The notes beneath the pieces are model-generated. The model was not told the DNA's origin and ran no database searches. It saw only the letters and a list, made by a program, of their open reading frames with translations. From Bdellovibrionales bacterium (GTDB lineage Bacteria; Bdellovibrionota; Bdellovibrionia; Bdellovibrionales; DASUEL01): 64,000 bases of DNA. Shown piece by piece: positions 43,223 to 51,902 of this stretch. Made by a program: the position numbers and the translations under genes. Numbering within the stretch: the stretch's first letter is position 1; the number at the start of each line of letters is the position of its first letter. The stretch spans positions 24,434-88,433 of the forward strand of contig JBFWOZ010000005.1 of NCBI GenBank assembly GCA_050250255.1, in the 5' to 3' direction.

Positions 43223-44002
43223 ATGAAAACGCTCAACTTACATGGATTGTTATTGTTTTGCATCCTAAGCGTCGCGTGTTCACCGAAGAGTTTTACACCG
43301 GTGAGTACTTTGGCCTGTGAAGGTTGCCAAGGCTCTAACGATTCGAACAAAGAAGAAACCCCACCCATCACTTTCGCCGAGCAAGACTTAGAGGGAGCCG
43401 CAGACGGTGGTGCCAACGACAAAGCCATTCTTATTCACTTCAACAAAACCACAAAGATGTTCCAGATTAAAATTCCTATCGCGGGGCTGAACCTCAGCAT
43501 CGATACGACCATTCCTCAGATTCCCGATAGCCATGTGGAAGTGGTGATGGAAGACATCAGTGGAAACGGTGTGTTTATTCCCGTACTTCTTGTGGAAATT
43601 CCAGGCGTGTATGTTCTTGGTAAACTCGGTTTCGACCCGGGCCAATTAGGCCTCGATCCCACTCGCCTTCCTAACGGAGACCTCATCCCTCCTATGCCAG
43701 GCGGCGAAGGGCCTGCCATTTCCTTTTTGATACCGAACATCAATCACGTGGTTCGCCTCTATCTTGGGATCAATGTGATTGGGGTATTTATAGAAGCAGG
43801 CTTTGTTCCAACGCTCCCCGTGGTGACCCAGATCACCTTCCCGATCAAGAACAAGTCCCGTAATGAAGTGATAGGTTATACCTCTTTGATTTCTAAGAAA
43901 GTCCCTTTTAACGGCGGATTCTTCGTCTCCCTCGTTATGCCTCGACAAATTGCCGGTGATCTCGACGATTTCTTAGCGAAATTTATCACGACCGCAAATT
44001 GA
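43223..44002 (+). CDS. Hypothetical lipoprotein (259 aa)
   Basis: Lipobox-like ILSVAC after a hydrophobic N-terminus; AAGGAG RBS. Confidence 0.8.
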   Translation: MKTLNLHGLLLFCILSVACSPKSFTPVSTLACEGCQGSNDSNKEETPPITFAEQDLEGAADGGANDKAILIHFNKTTKMFQIKIPIAGLNLSIDTTIPQIPDSHVEVVMEDISGNGVFIPVLLVEIPGVYVLGKLGFDPGQLGLDPTRLPNGDLIPPMPGGEGPAISFLIPNINHVVRLYLGINVIGVFIEAGFVPTLPVVTQITFPIKNKSRNEVIGYTSLISKKVPFNGGFFVSLVMPRQIAGDLDDFLAKFITTAN

Positions 44003-44022
44003 CGCTACCCTTCAGAAGCCTC

Positions 44023-44043
44023 GAAGGGGCCTAAGGCCCCTTC
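44023..44043 (+). terminator. Hairpin after the lipoprotein gene
   Basis: GAAGGGGCC-TAA-GGCCCCTTC perfect 9-bp stem; no clear U-run. Confidence 0.5.
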
Positions 44044-44160
44044 CGAGATCTTGAAAACCTCTGAGTTCTGACTTTTTTTGTTGATTAAAGAGGCATTCCT
44101 TTGATTAATCATAATGGTGAGATTTCACTAACTTCATAGACAACGGACTGAGGAGCTATC

Positions 44161-44350
44161 ATGGCAAAGAAAAAGAAGACTAAAAAAGTAGCGAAAAAAA
44201 CAACTAAGAAAGCCGCTAAAAAAACGACTAAAAAAGTGGCAAAGAAAACGACTAAAAAAGCCGCTCCAAAAAAAGCAGCGAAAAAGGCAACTAAGAAGGC
44301 GACCGCTAAAAAAGCAGCCCCTAAAAAAGCGGCTGCTCCTAAGAAAAAGG
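44161..44350 (+). repeat. Imperfect tandem coding repeats (AAA AAA RCN ACT/GCT...)
   Basis: Repeated KKVAKKTTKKAAKKTT units are visible at both the DNA and protein level. Confidence 0.8.
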
Positions 44351-44577
44351 CGAAGTCTTCAGTAATGCCAGCCGCTGCCAGCGGATTCGCATCAGGATTT
44401 AATTCAGGCGAAGAATCCATTGAGTCTGTTGAGACCATGGATGATGCTGCTACTGATGAGTTGTCAGGAGAGCCTACTGCTGAGACTGAAAACTACGAAA
44501 ATCTTAATGACGACGATGCGTTTGATGATGATGATGAAGCTGAAGAAGAAGCTGACGACGACGAAGGTTACTTCTAA
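44161..44577 (+). CDS. Lys/Ala-repeat (histone H1-like) protein with an acidic C-terminal tail
   Basis: 138 aa. By my count 32 of the first 66 residues are Lys, in KK(A/T/V)(A/T) repeats. The C-terminus is ...NDDDAFDDDDEAEEEADDDEGYF. GAGGAG RBS. Confidence 0.8.
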   Translation: MAKKKKTKKVAKKTTKKAAKKTTKKVAKKTTKKAAPKKAAKKATKKATAKKAAPKKAAAPKKKAKSSVMPAAASGFASGFNSGEESIESVETMDDAATDELSGEPTAETENYENLNDDDAFDDDDEAEEEADDDEGYF

Positions 44578-44606
44578 TTTTTAAATGAACTTCTCGTGTG
44601 ATTTTT

Positions 44607-44634
44607 AAAAAAAGGGAGCTCGGCTCCCTTTTTT
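44607..44634. terminator. Bidirectional terminator between convergent genes
   Basis: A7-GGGAGC-TCG-GCTCCC-T6. Confidence 0.85.
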
Positions 44635-44651
44635 ATTTCAACATTACTTAC

Positions 44652-45371
44652 TTATTTGAATAAACGACCTTTATCGATTGTTACAGAGACAACGCCATAG
44701 TAGCCCCACTTACGTTCCTTACTACCATCTTCGTGGGTATTCTTCGTCACACCACGACCACCTTCAACGGTGAGATTCTTTGGCAAACGAATTCCAACAC
44801 CAAAGCCGCCAAAAACTTGAGTTTTGACTTGGTTGTCATGTTCTGTGTCAGAAACATCCATGTATCTCATCGCATAAAGCTTAGAGCTCACATAGACATA
44901 TTTCCAACCAAGAGCCGCAAGAGGAGTCACCTTTGCTGAGAGTCCACCACCGAGTGCTGGCATCAAAGGAACGGTTACATCAGCTTGTACAGTAAAAGTA
45001 TCTGCTAACACGCTGACACCTGCGCCCACTGTTAAGAGACCAACTGAACCCATAGTATCATCGCCAGATTTGACGGTAGCTCCCGCACCAACATCCACAT
45101 TATAGTTGATATTTTTCCAACTTTTCACATAAACAACTCGTGATTTTTCATCAAGTTCATTGTTTTTGCCTACGGGAATTAACAAAAAATCCTTATCAAG
45201 TGCATGTTCACTCACAATCACTTTTCCGGCTTCAATCGTCTCCATGGTTTCAGCAGGATTTGATCCAAATAGATTTTGGTAAAGGTGAGGATTCATTGGC
45301 TCTGCAGAAACGTCTTGCGCCAAAAAATTGAGAGCAAGCAATAGTGCCGCAGCAAATGCTGTTTTATTCAT
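44652..45371 (-). CDS. Small outer-membrane beta-barrel protein
   Basis: 239 aa with signal peptide MNKTAFAAALLLALNFLAQDVSA, alternating Gly/aromatic beta-strand pattern, and a ...LFK C-terminus. Confidence 0.7.
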   Translation of the reverse strand: MNKTAFAAALLLALNFLAQDVSAEPMNPHLYQNLFGSNPAETMETIEAGKVIVSEHALDKDFLLIPVGKNNELDEKSRVVYVKSWKNINYNVDVGAGATVKSGDDTMGSVGLLTVGAGVSVLADTFTVQADVTVPLMPALGGGLSAKVTPLAALGWKYVYVSSKLYAMRYMDVSDTEHDNQVKTQVFGGFGVGIRLPKNLTVEGGRGVTKNTHEDGSKERKWGYYGVVSVTIDKGRLFK

Positions 45372-45398
45372 CAGTACTCCTTGTAAGGGTTAAAAGAT

Positions 45399-45428
45399 AA
45401 AGGGGGGAGCCTTATTGCTCCCCCCTTT
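45399..45428 (-). terminator. Terminator after the sigma-54 activator gene
   Basis: AAAGGGGGGAGC-CTTATT-GCTCCCCCTTT. On the minus strand it is followed by ATCTTTT. Confidence 0.65.
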
Positions 45429-45453
45429 ATTAAATTCGTAAATGAAAAATGAA

Positions 45454-46494
45454 TTAAAGTTTAACTTTTGAGTGAATGGCAAAGTTCTCAAACTCACCGT
45501 ACTCATGAAGCTTATTATAAAGCGTCTTGATCGTGATTCCGAGAGCGTTGGCCGCTTGGGTCTTATTCCCTTTGAAGTGACTCAAAGCTTTTAAGATATA
45601 GCGTTTTTCCAATTCATGAATCGTCATGGTTGGATCGTAATCGTCCATCATGATTTTAACGTCAGGGTTCTTGATATTTTCAGGAAGATCTCCTGGCATA
45701 ATCGTATGACCTTCAGCCAAAATCTGCATGCGTTCGCAAATGTTTTGCAACTCACGAATATTTCCTGGCCAGTCGTACTTCATCAAAAACGTCATCGCTT
45801 CCTCACTCACGCTCGTCTTTTGAGCGGGATTTGAGGGATGCGAACTCAAAAAGTATTCTACAAGAAGAGAAATATCTTCTTTTCTTTGGCGAAGAGGAGG
45901 CATTTGAGCCGTAATCGTATTTACGCGATAAAACAAATCTTCACGGAATCGACCTTTAGTGACTTCGACTTCAAGATCTTTATTCGTAGCACTGACTAAA
46001 CGAATATCCACTTTAATGGGGTCTTTACCACCAACGCGGAAAATTTCTCCCTCTTGAATGAAGCGAAGAAGCTTCGCTTGGATACCTGGACTCAGTTCAC
46101 CGATTTCATCAAGGAAAAGAGTTCCACCGTTTGCTACTTCCGCAAGACCGATCTTACGTGTGTAGGCACCCGTAAAGGCTCCCTTTTCGTGACCAAATAA
46201 TTCACTCTCGAGAAGAGTTTCACGAAGAGCACCACAGTTAATAGCTACAAACGGCTTAAACTTACGGGGGCTTCTTTCATGGATGGCGCGGGCGATAAGT
46301 TCTTTACCCGTACCGCTTTCTCCCAATACAAGAACGGTAGCTTGAGAAGGGGCTACACGCTCCACAAGCTTGATCATGCGATTCATCGCTTCGGATCTAT
46401 AGATGATCTTGCTTGTTTCTGGTCCAGTCGTCTTGCGGTTATAGTTCCCCGACATCATACTGGAAGGGAGAATAGGATTATTCGCTTCTGACAT
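45454..46494 (-). CDS. Sigma-54 activator (AAA+ + Fis HTH) lacking an N-terminal sensory/receiver domain
   Basis: Walker A GESGTGKE, canonical GAFTGA, and a C-terminal HTH (QAANALGITIKTLYNKL). Only ~30 aa precede the AAA+ module. The ATG at 46494 has an AAGGTGG RBS; the track start is GTG 46503. Confidence 0.88.
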   Translation of the reverse strand: MSEANNPILPSSMMSGNYNRKTTGPETSKIIYRSEAMNRMIKLVERVAPSQATVLVLGESGTGKELIARAIHERSPRKFKPFVAINCGALRETLLESELFGHEKGAFTGAYTRKIGLAEVANGGTLFLDEIGELSPGIQAKLLRFIQEGEIFRVGGKDPIKVDIRLVSATNKDLEVEVTKGRFREDLFYRVNTITAQMPPLRQRKEDISLLVEYFLSSHPSNPAQKTSVSEEAMTFLMKYDWPGNIRELQNICERMQILAEGHTIMPGDLPENIKNPDVKIMMDDYDPTMTIHELEKRYILKALSHFKGNKTQAANALGITIKTLYNKLHEYGEFENFAIHSKVKL

Positions 46495-46727
46495 ACGTAC
46501 CACCTTTACAACATTGGGAGTTTCACTCCCTATTAATATGGCGCGTCATGATCTGTTAAAATGAGATGAAGGAGGATCCGAGGTTCTCATTTTGAGACTT
46601 TAACGCAGAGGCACAATTTACCATTGCATTGAAATAACTGCAAGATAAATTATGCTTCGCGTAATAATCAAATAACATAGTAAATACATGTATTTATAAA
46701 TATTGATGGTTTGCGTTAAAATAATTT

Positions 46728-47618
46728 ATGGCACAGAATGTAATAAATCACCTGATTGGGGAGTTTTTGGAGGAGCAACAGCTCATCTCCCAAGCTTCTC
46801 CACATACTTTAAGAAGTTATACTTCAGACCTTTTACAAGCTTTTAGCCTTAAAACGCTTCCCCCACGCAGCCGTCCGAAAACCCCTGCCCTGACAGCAGA
46901 AGCACAAAAGATTCTTTTAGAGACTTGTTATAAAGCACAAAAGAGGTGGTCATCTCTTGCTTTCGCAAGTCGCAACCGGAAGTCCGCCACTCTCAAAAGC
47001 TTTTTGAAGTGGATGTACCATAAGGGCTATACGAATCAAAATATCGCTCATCGAATTCATGCACCCAAAGTCCCCAAAAAAATACCTCATTACATTTCTG
47101 TCGACGAGGTCGTCGCGCTTTTACACACTCTCAGCAAAAATAAAGAAGCTACGCACACTGAAAAAACGCTCGTACTTCTGCTTTATGGTGGGGGCTTACG
47201 AATTTCTGAAGCCTGTAACCTCAAATGGAATCAAGTGGATCTTTCGGCGGGGGTTTTACGCGTAAAAGGAAAGGGCTCAAAGGAAAGACTGATTGCGCTC
47301 CCGCAATTGGCTCTTCAGGCGCTTAAAAAAATGCCACATGCAAGTCATTACGTATTTGGTGAGGAGCCTCTCTCGACACGAAAAGGTTATGAAATCATTC
47401 GTCAATGCGGACGTCGAGCGGGGTTGCTCAAACCGCTTCATCCGCACGCTCTTCGTCATAGTTATGCCACGCATCTCCTTACCAGCGGTGCGGATCTGCG
47501 AACGCTCCAAGAACTCTTGGGCCACGCAAACCTTCAGGCAACGGAACGTTACCTCCATTTGTCTATCGATCATCTTTCACGTGTCATGAATAAACATCAT
47601 CCTTTGGGTGAGGATTGA
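46728..47618 (+). CDS. xerC: Tyrosine recombinase XerC/XerD family
   Basis: 296 aa with an N-terminal SAM-like domain (HTLRSYTSDL) and a catalytic region (GLRISEA, HALRHSYATHLL, LGHANLQATERYLH). Confidence 0.85.
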   Translation: MAQNVINHLIGEFLEEQQLISQASPHTLRSYTSDLLQAFSLKTLPPRSRPKTPALTAEAQKILLETCYKAQKRWSSLAFASRNRKSATLKSFLKWMYHKGYTNQNIAHRIHAPKVPKKIPHYISVDEVVALLHTLSKNKEATHTEKTLVLLLYGGGLRISEACNLKWNQVDLSAGVLRVKGKGSKERLIALPQLALQALKKMPHASHYVFGEEPLSTRKGYEIIRQCGRRAGLLKPLHPHALRHSYATHLLTSGADLRTLQELLGHANLQATERYLHLSIDHLSRVMNKHHPLGED

Positions 47619-48171
47619 CTCTCAACCGTGCTCGACTTACCTTCACGGAGTGAAAAAAAAGGCCGTATTTTTAGATCGCGATGGAACTATTATCATTGAT
47701 AAAATCTATCTCAATGATGTGAACGGCGTAGAGTATATCCCGTATGCTTTGGATTCCCTTTTAAAGTTACAACAAGCAGGTTTTCTTCTTCTTGTGGCGA
47801 CCAATCAATCCGGTGTCGCACGTGGAATTGTTCAACTAGAAAACCTTCATGCGATTCATGAAAAAATACAGCGCGACTGTGTCGCTTTGGGAGTCCAGAT
47901 CGATGGATTTTATTACGCTCCCTACTCTGTGGAGAGTCATCATGAAATGAGAAAACCAAATCCGGGTATGCTTCTTCAGGGAGCAAAAGAGCATCAGGTG
48001 GATCTCAGCAAAAGCTACATGATAGGAGACCGTGAATCTGACGTCGAAGCTGGCCTCAATGCCGGCACAAAAAGTATTCTTCTTTCTCCAAAGCAGGTTC
48101 CCTCTAAAGCGCATTTCATCTGCGAAGATTTACGTTTAGCGACCGACTTTATCCTCCGCGCTAGTCAATAA
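47608..48171 (+). CDS. gmhB: D-glycero-D-manno-heptose 1,7-bisphosphate phosphatase-like HAD hydrolase
   Basis: Contains FLDRDGTII, TNQSGVARG, RKPNPGML and IGDRESD. The start is uncertain: GTG 47608 overlaps xerC, and GTG 47650 gives the usual N-terminal length. Confidence 0.8.
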   Translation: MRIDSQPCSTYLHGVKKKAVFLDRDGTIIIDKIYLNDVNGVEYIPYALDSLLKLQQAGFLLLVATNQSGVARGIVQLENLHAIHEKIQRDCVALGVQIDGFYYAPYSVESHHEMRKPNPGMLLQGAKEHQVDLSKSYMIGDRESDVEAGLNAGTKSILLSPKQVPSKAHFICEDLRLATDFILRASQ

Positions 48172-48288
48172 ATAGCGCTTATTATCACGCCCGTATCTCA
48201 ATCTCAGACTGAGATGTCCCGCTTTGATTAAATCAAATTACGCTTCAGAGTCCCCTCGTTAATACCGAAAATACTATGAGGGATTATT

Positions 48289-49650
48289 ATGCTTCGAATA
48301 GATATGAGACACGTTATTTTGGTTTTAATTACTTTCTTTCTTCTCAGCGCTTCTGTGAGTCGCGGGGCGGATGGCGTTTTCATGGTCGTCAAGGGCGACG
48401 TGAAAGTCCAGAGCAAAGGAAAACTTGCGCCCGCAAAAGTGGGTTCAAAAGTTTTTCCTGCGGACAAAATCATCGCGGGTAAAGATTCTCGCGCAAAAGT
48501 TGTGATGTCCGATAAAAACATTCTTAACATCTCTCCTGACACTCAACTTGTCGTAGAGAAATACGTTTACGACCAAGCAAAAGATAAAAAGGAAGTTTCT
48601 CTCAATGTTCTCTATGGAAAAGTAAGAGCAACCGTAAATCAGAAATACGATGGGGATAAAAATAAGTTCCAAGTCAAAACTCCATCGGCTGTTGCCGGAG
48701 TTCGCGGAACCGACTTCTTGACATCCTATAGTCAATCAACAGGTGCATCCAAAATCGTAACCTTTGAAGGTAGCGTGCAGATGGGTTCCGGCGTAGATGC
48801 AAATGGAAACATTTCTAATCCTGTGATGGTGAACCCTGGGCAATTTAGTGTGGCTTCAACAAACGGTACCTCACCCACACCACCAGCCGCAGTTCCTCCT
48901 GCCGAATTAAAAGCCATGAATCAAGAGACCAAAGCGGAAACAGCTTCAGGTGAGCGCGCAGTTGCGGGCGAATCTCAAAGCGGTGAAAACAAAAAAGATA
49001 ATAAGGAAAACAAAGATAACAAATCTGAGAAATCAGAAGGTAAAGCCGACAAAGAAAAGTCAGAGGGAAAGTCTGATAAAGAGAAGTCAGAAAAATCTGA
49101 CGGTAAATCAGATACAAAATCTACCAAGACAGAGGGCAAAGGCGATGCAAAGGGTGAAGCGAAAAACGATGCCAAGCCTGGTGGTAAACCTGTAGTAAAA
49201 GCAGAGGGTAAAGGTGAAGCGAAGGCCGAACCTAAAGCTGAGCCCAAAGCCGAAGCTAAATCCGAAACGAAATCAGATACGAAATCGACCGATGCGCGCG
49301 GTCCTGAACCAAAAGGCGGTGGAGATAAAACCGCAGGCTCAGATCCTAAAGCAAATCCTGAGGGCGGTCGCGCACCTGCGGCGACAGGACCTGGACCCGG
49401 TCCTGGTGGTCCTGCCCCAGCACCGGGCGGTGGACCGGCTCCTATGGGTCCTGGAATGAATGGGCCACCTATGCCCCCTCCTTCTATGCTTGGGGATATG
49501 TCTAAGGAGCTTCCTCCAGAAATGCCACCTATGATTATGCCTCCTGAACCTCCGCCAACTCTTGGTGAAATCTACAAACCACCGGAGTTGTCACCAGATT
49601 TGATTCAACAAAAGACAAATCTGATCATCAATATCAACGTTCCTCAGTAA
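48289..49650 (+). CDS. Secreted FecR-domain protein with a long Lys/Glu/Ser- then Pro-rich low-complexity tail
   Basis: Signal peptide, then a FecR-like block (VVKGDVKVQ...KIIAGKDSRAKVVMSDKNILNISPDTQLVV...FQVKTPSAVAGVRGTDFL). From about aa 215 onward the sequence is KSEGKADKEKSEGKSDKEKSEK, AEPKAEPKAEAK, GPGPGPGGPAPAPGGGPAP, PPEMPPMIMPPEPPP. Confidence 0.85.
   Translation: MLRIDMRHVILVLITFFLLSASVSRGADGVFMVVKGDVKVQSKGKLAPAKVGSKVFPADKIIAGKDSRAKVVMSDKNILNISPDTQLVVEKYVYDQAKDKKEVSLNVLYGKVRATVNQKYDGDKNKFQVKTPSAVAGVRGTDFLTSYSQSTGASKIVTFEGSVQMGSGVDANGNISNPVMVNPGQFSVASTNGTSPTPPAAVPPAELKAMNQETKAETASGERAVAGESQSGENKKDNKENKDNKSEKSEGKADKEKSEGKSDKEKSEKSDGKSDTKSTKTEGKGDAKGEAKNDAKPGGKPVVKAEGKGEAKAEPKAEPKAEAKSETKSDTKSTDARGPEPKGGGDKTAGSDPKANPEGGRAPAATGPGPGPGGPAPAPGGGPAPMGPGMNGPPMPPPSMLGDMSKELPPEMPPMIMPPEPPPTLGEIYKPPELSPDLIQQKTNLIININVPQ
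48950..49480 (+). repeat. Low-complexity coding repeats
   Basis: Imperfect short tandem units are visible in the DNA. They also generate spurious ORFs in other frames and on the other strand. Confidence 0.75.
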
Positions 49651-49790
49651 GCTCATCATCAAAACTCTACCAAAGGTCTGGCTAAGATAGTCAGACCTTT
49701 GTGTTTTTGATTTACCCACGGTTTGCGGGATACAGCCTGATACGTTATCCTAGAAAGACTTCTCTAGATTTTACAACAAGGAGTAAAGGC

Positions 49791-51902
49791 TTGCTTACAC
49801 CGTGGCTTCTTCGCATGGGTTTCATCGTGGTTCTCATGAGTCCCCTTTTTTCGTTTTCTTCACATGCTCAAACAGTCAGAGTGCTTTACTCGCGCAGTGA
49901 ATGGAACAAGTCTCCGCTTCGCATTGATTCCATTGCGATTCTGATTCGAGATCAAAAAAATGGTAAAATCGTACAGATGCTTCTTAACGAAAGCACCATC
50001 GATTCTGGCCACTTCACCGGCACTTACCGTGTGCAGTGGGATGAAAAAAACTTAGAACCCGAAGTCTACATACCAAAGAATAATACCGGCCAACTCGATA
50101 AACCCCAAGGCTCGCTCACTGCAGATCATTCAGCCGAAGCGCTCATTCGCTCTCAGAAAGTGGCGCGCACACCTTACGTTATGAGAAAAGATGAGAATGG
50201 CGAGCGCGTTCTTGAAATTTTCAATACACGTGAGGAAGCCTCGCAAGCTCTGCAAAATTACAAAGCCGCCCTTAAAGCAAAACCAAAAGCCGACGAGACG
50301 GTGACCGAATCTCTTCTCGAGACCGCCGAGAAAGCGAAACAATCCGAAGAACTCGTGAAAAACACCAAGGAAGCCATGGTCCGAGAGAGTGAGCGAAAAA
50401 AACTTCTCGATGAGCAGAAAAAACGACGTCAAGAAATGGTGCTCGCAATGGGAAAAATGCCTGCCGCCGAACAAGCGCGAAGAAAAAAAGTGAGCGCGGG
50501 ATTACTCAATCAAGGGATGGAGTCTTATCATGCCAATGTCTACGATAAAGCTAATACTTTACTTAAACAATCCTACGATCTAGATCCCACCAACACTGAC
50601 GTTATTTTTACTCACGGCGTAGTCCAATATAAGTTGGATAAAAACAATGAGTCTCTTGTATCCTTAGATCTCGCTAATGACGGAAAAGGAAAGTTTAATA
50701 AGAACGAAAGAGATTTTTATAAAGCTCTCAACTACTACAAGTTAAACGAAAATGCTCACGCTTTAAAAACATTAAAAAATTTAAAGTCCTTAAAAGATCC
50801 TGCTATTTCTCCCACATCCGCCTTTTACGAAGGTCTCGTTCTTTTTAAAGAAGCGAAATACGATGAGGCGAAAAATTCGTTTCAAGAAGTCCTCGATACT
50901 TCCTCCGATCCGGCCCTTGACCAGAAGGCTGAGGAGTATATGGAACAAATTGATAAAGCAAAGGCTTATGCTAAAAACAGCGAGAAGAAATGGTTTCTAG
51001 GGATGACGGCAGGAATGCAGTATGATTCCAACGTCTTGCTTGTAAACTCTTCTTCGCCAAGCTCTTCAGATCCTAGCCAAGTTGCAGATTATCGTTACCT
51101 TACAGGTTTCAGTGCTGAGCACCGTGCGCTCTACTCAAAGGAGTATGAACTAAGCATCAAAGGACGAGCGGATTTAATGTATTCGACGAAAGCCGAAAAC
51201 GTTGCCGCCGATCCCCTCGCCTACTCTTTAAAGGTCCCTTACAAATACAAAGGCATGCTCTTTCAAAAAGGTTTTACAGTTACCGCAACACCTGGATATG
51301 AAGTTCTCAACTTGGATGAAAACAGATCAGGAGCCAATAAAGATTATATCTCTACGATTCCCGAAAAAGATTTATACCTCACCTCTTATACCGGTGATTT
51401 AGCTACTATGTTTGTGATGACACAAGATTGGTTTACAGGCCTCACTCTCAAGTTACGCAGTGATTACTCGAGCTCTAAAGCCGCAACCGGCGATAATGAT
51501 CCAACAGCTTTTAAGTACACGCTCACTTATAACAACATGCTTTTTCTCAATACAAAAAAGAATCAAGCCGTGTTGGCAGATATTGGTTTTACCGACAACC
51601 GATCGTTAGGAAAAAACCTGACCTACAACAAGTATGATTTAGCCGCGACCTACATGCATCCGCTCTTCTACGATATACAGGGTATTTTTCAGTTAGCGAT
51701 GTACCAGTCAAATTATCCAGATAAAAGTGGCGGACGCACAGATACGAACACGACGATGCTCTTAAATTTTTCAAAACCGCTTTTGGAATGGTTATCGCTC
51801 TCGTTTGGCGGGAACTATATCAACAATCAATCCACGCTGACCGCAAACACTTACAACAAGTATACGATCACAACGACGCTCTCGGCGAACTATTCGTTTT
51901 AG
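49791..51902 (+). CDS. Outer-membrane protein: N-terminal domain + coiled/charged region + TPR repeats + C-terminal beta-barrel
   Basis: The TTG at 49791 is preceded by AAGGAG (7-nt spacer) and gives a signal peptide (LLTPWLLRMGFIVVLMSPLFSFSSHAQ); the track ORF starts at 49701. TPR-like helices span about aa 270-420. The C-terminal ~300 aa have alternating beta-strand character and end ...SANYSF (OMP-type terminal Phe). Confidence 0.8.
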   Translation: MLTPWLLRMGFIVVLMSPLFSFSSHAQTVRVLYSRSEWNKSPLRIDSIAILIRDQKNGKIVQMLLNESTIDSGHFTGTYRVQWDEKNLEPEVYIPKNNTGQLDKPQGSLTADHSAEALIRSQKVARTPYVMRKDENGERVLEIFNTREEASQALQNYKAALKAKPKADETVTESLLETAEKAKQSEELVKNTKEAMVRESERKKLLDEQKKRRQEMVLAMGKMPAAEQARRKKVSAGLLNQGMESYHANVYDKANTLLKQSYDLDPTNTDVIFTHGVVQYKLDKNNESLVSLDLANDGKGKFNKNERDFYKALNYYKLNENAHALKTLKNLKSLKDPAISPTSAFYEGLVLFKEAKYDEAKNSFQEVLDTSSDPALDQKAEEYMEQIDKAKAYAKNSEKKWFLGMTAGMQYDSNVLLVNSSSPSSSDPSQVADYRYLTGFSAEHRALYSKEYELSIKGRADLMYSTKAENVAADPLAYSLKVPYKYKGMLFQKGFTVTATPGYEVLNLDENRSGANKDYISTIPEKDLYLTSYTGDLATMFVMTQDWFTGLTLKLRSDYSSSKAATGDNDPTAFKYTLTYNNMLFLNTKKNQAVLADIGFTDNRSLGKNLTYNKYDLAATYMHPLFYDIQGIFQLAMYQSNYPDKSGGRTDTNTTMLLNFSKPLLEWLSLSFGGNYINNQSTLTANTYNKYTITTTLSANYSF

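Noticed and set aside
44109-44438. 109-aa minus-strand ORF (FLAAFLVVFF repeats)
   Set aside because: It is the reverse-complement reading of the AAG/GCN repeat DNA of the Lys/Ala-repeat gene. It has no RBS. The plus-strand gene has a GAGGAG RBS and a terminator.
45399-45428. GG-N10-GC spacing upstream of the OMP gene as a sigma-54 promoter
   Set aside because: The flanking bases do not match TGGCAC/TTGCA, and the sequence is better explained as the terminator hairpin of the upstream gene.
46609-46628. Sigma-54-like AGGCAC...TTGCA upstream of xerC and the activator gene
   Set aside because: The GG-to-GC offset is 16 nt instead of the required 12, so the spacing is incompatible with a -24/-12 promoter.
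46728-47618. Tyrosine recombinase as the integrase of a mobile element
   Set aside because: It has a XerC/XerD-type N-terminal domain and sits in housekeeping context (overlapping or adjacent to gmhB). There is no flanking tRNA, att-like repeat or phage/IS genes.
48732-49459. Several 60-96-aa ORFs in other frames and on the other strand within the FecR-domain gene
   Set aside because: They are by-products of low-complexity repeat DNA. The long plus-strand frame carries the signal peptide and FecR block.
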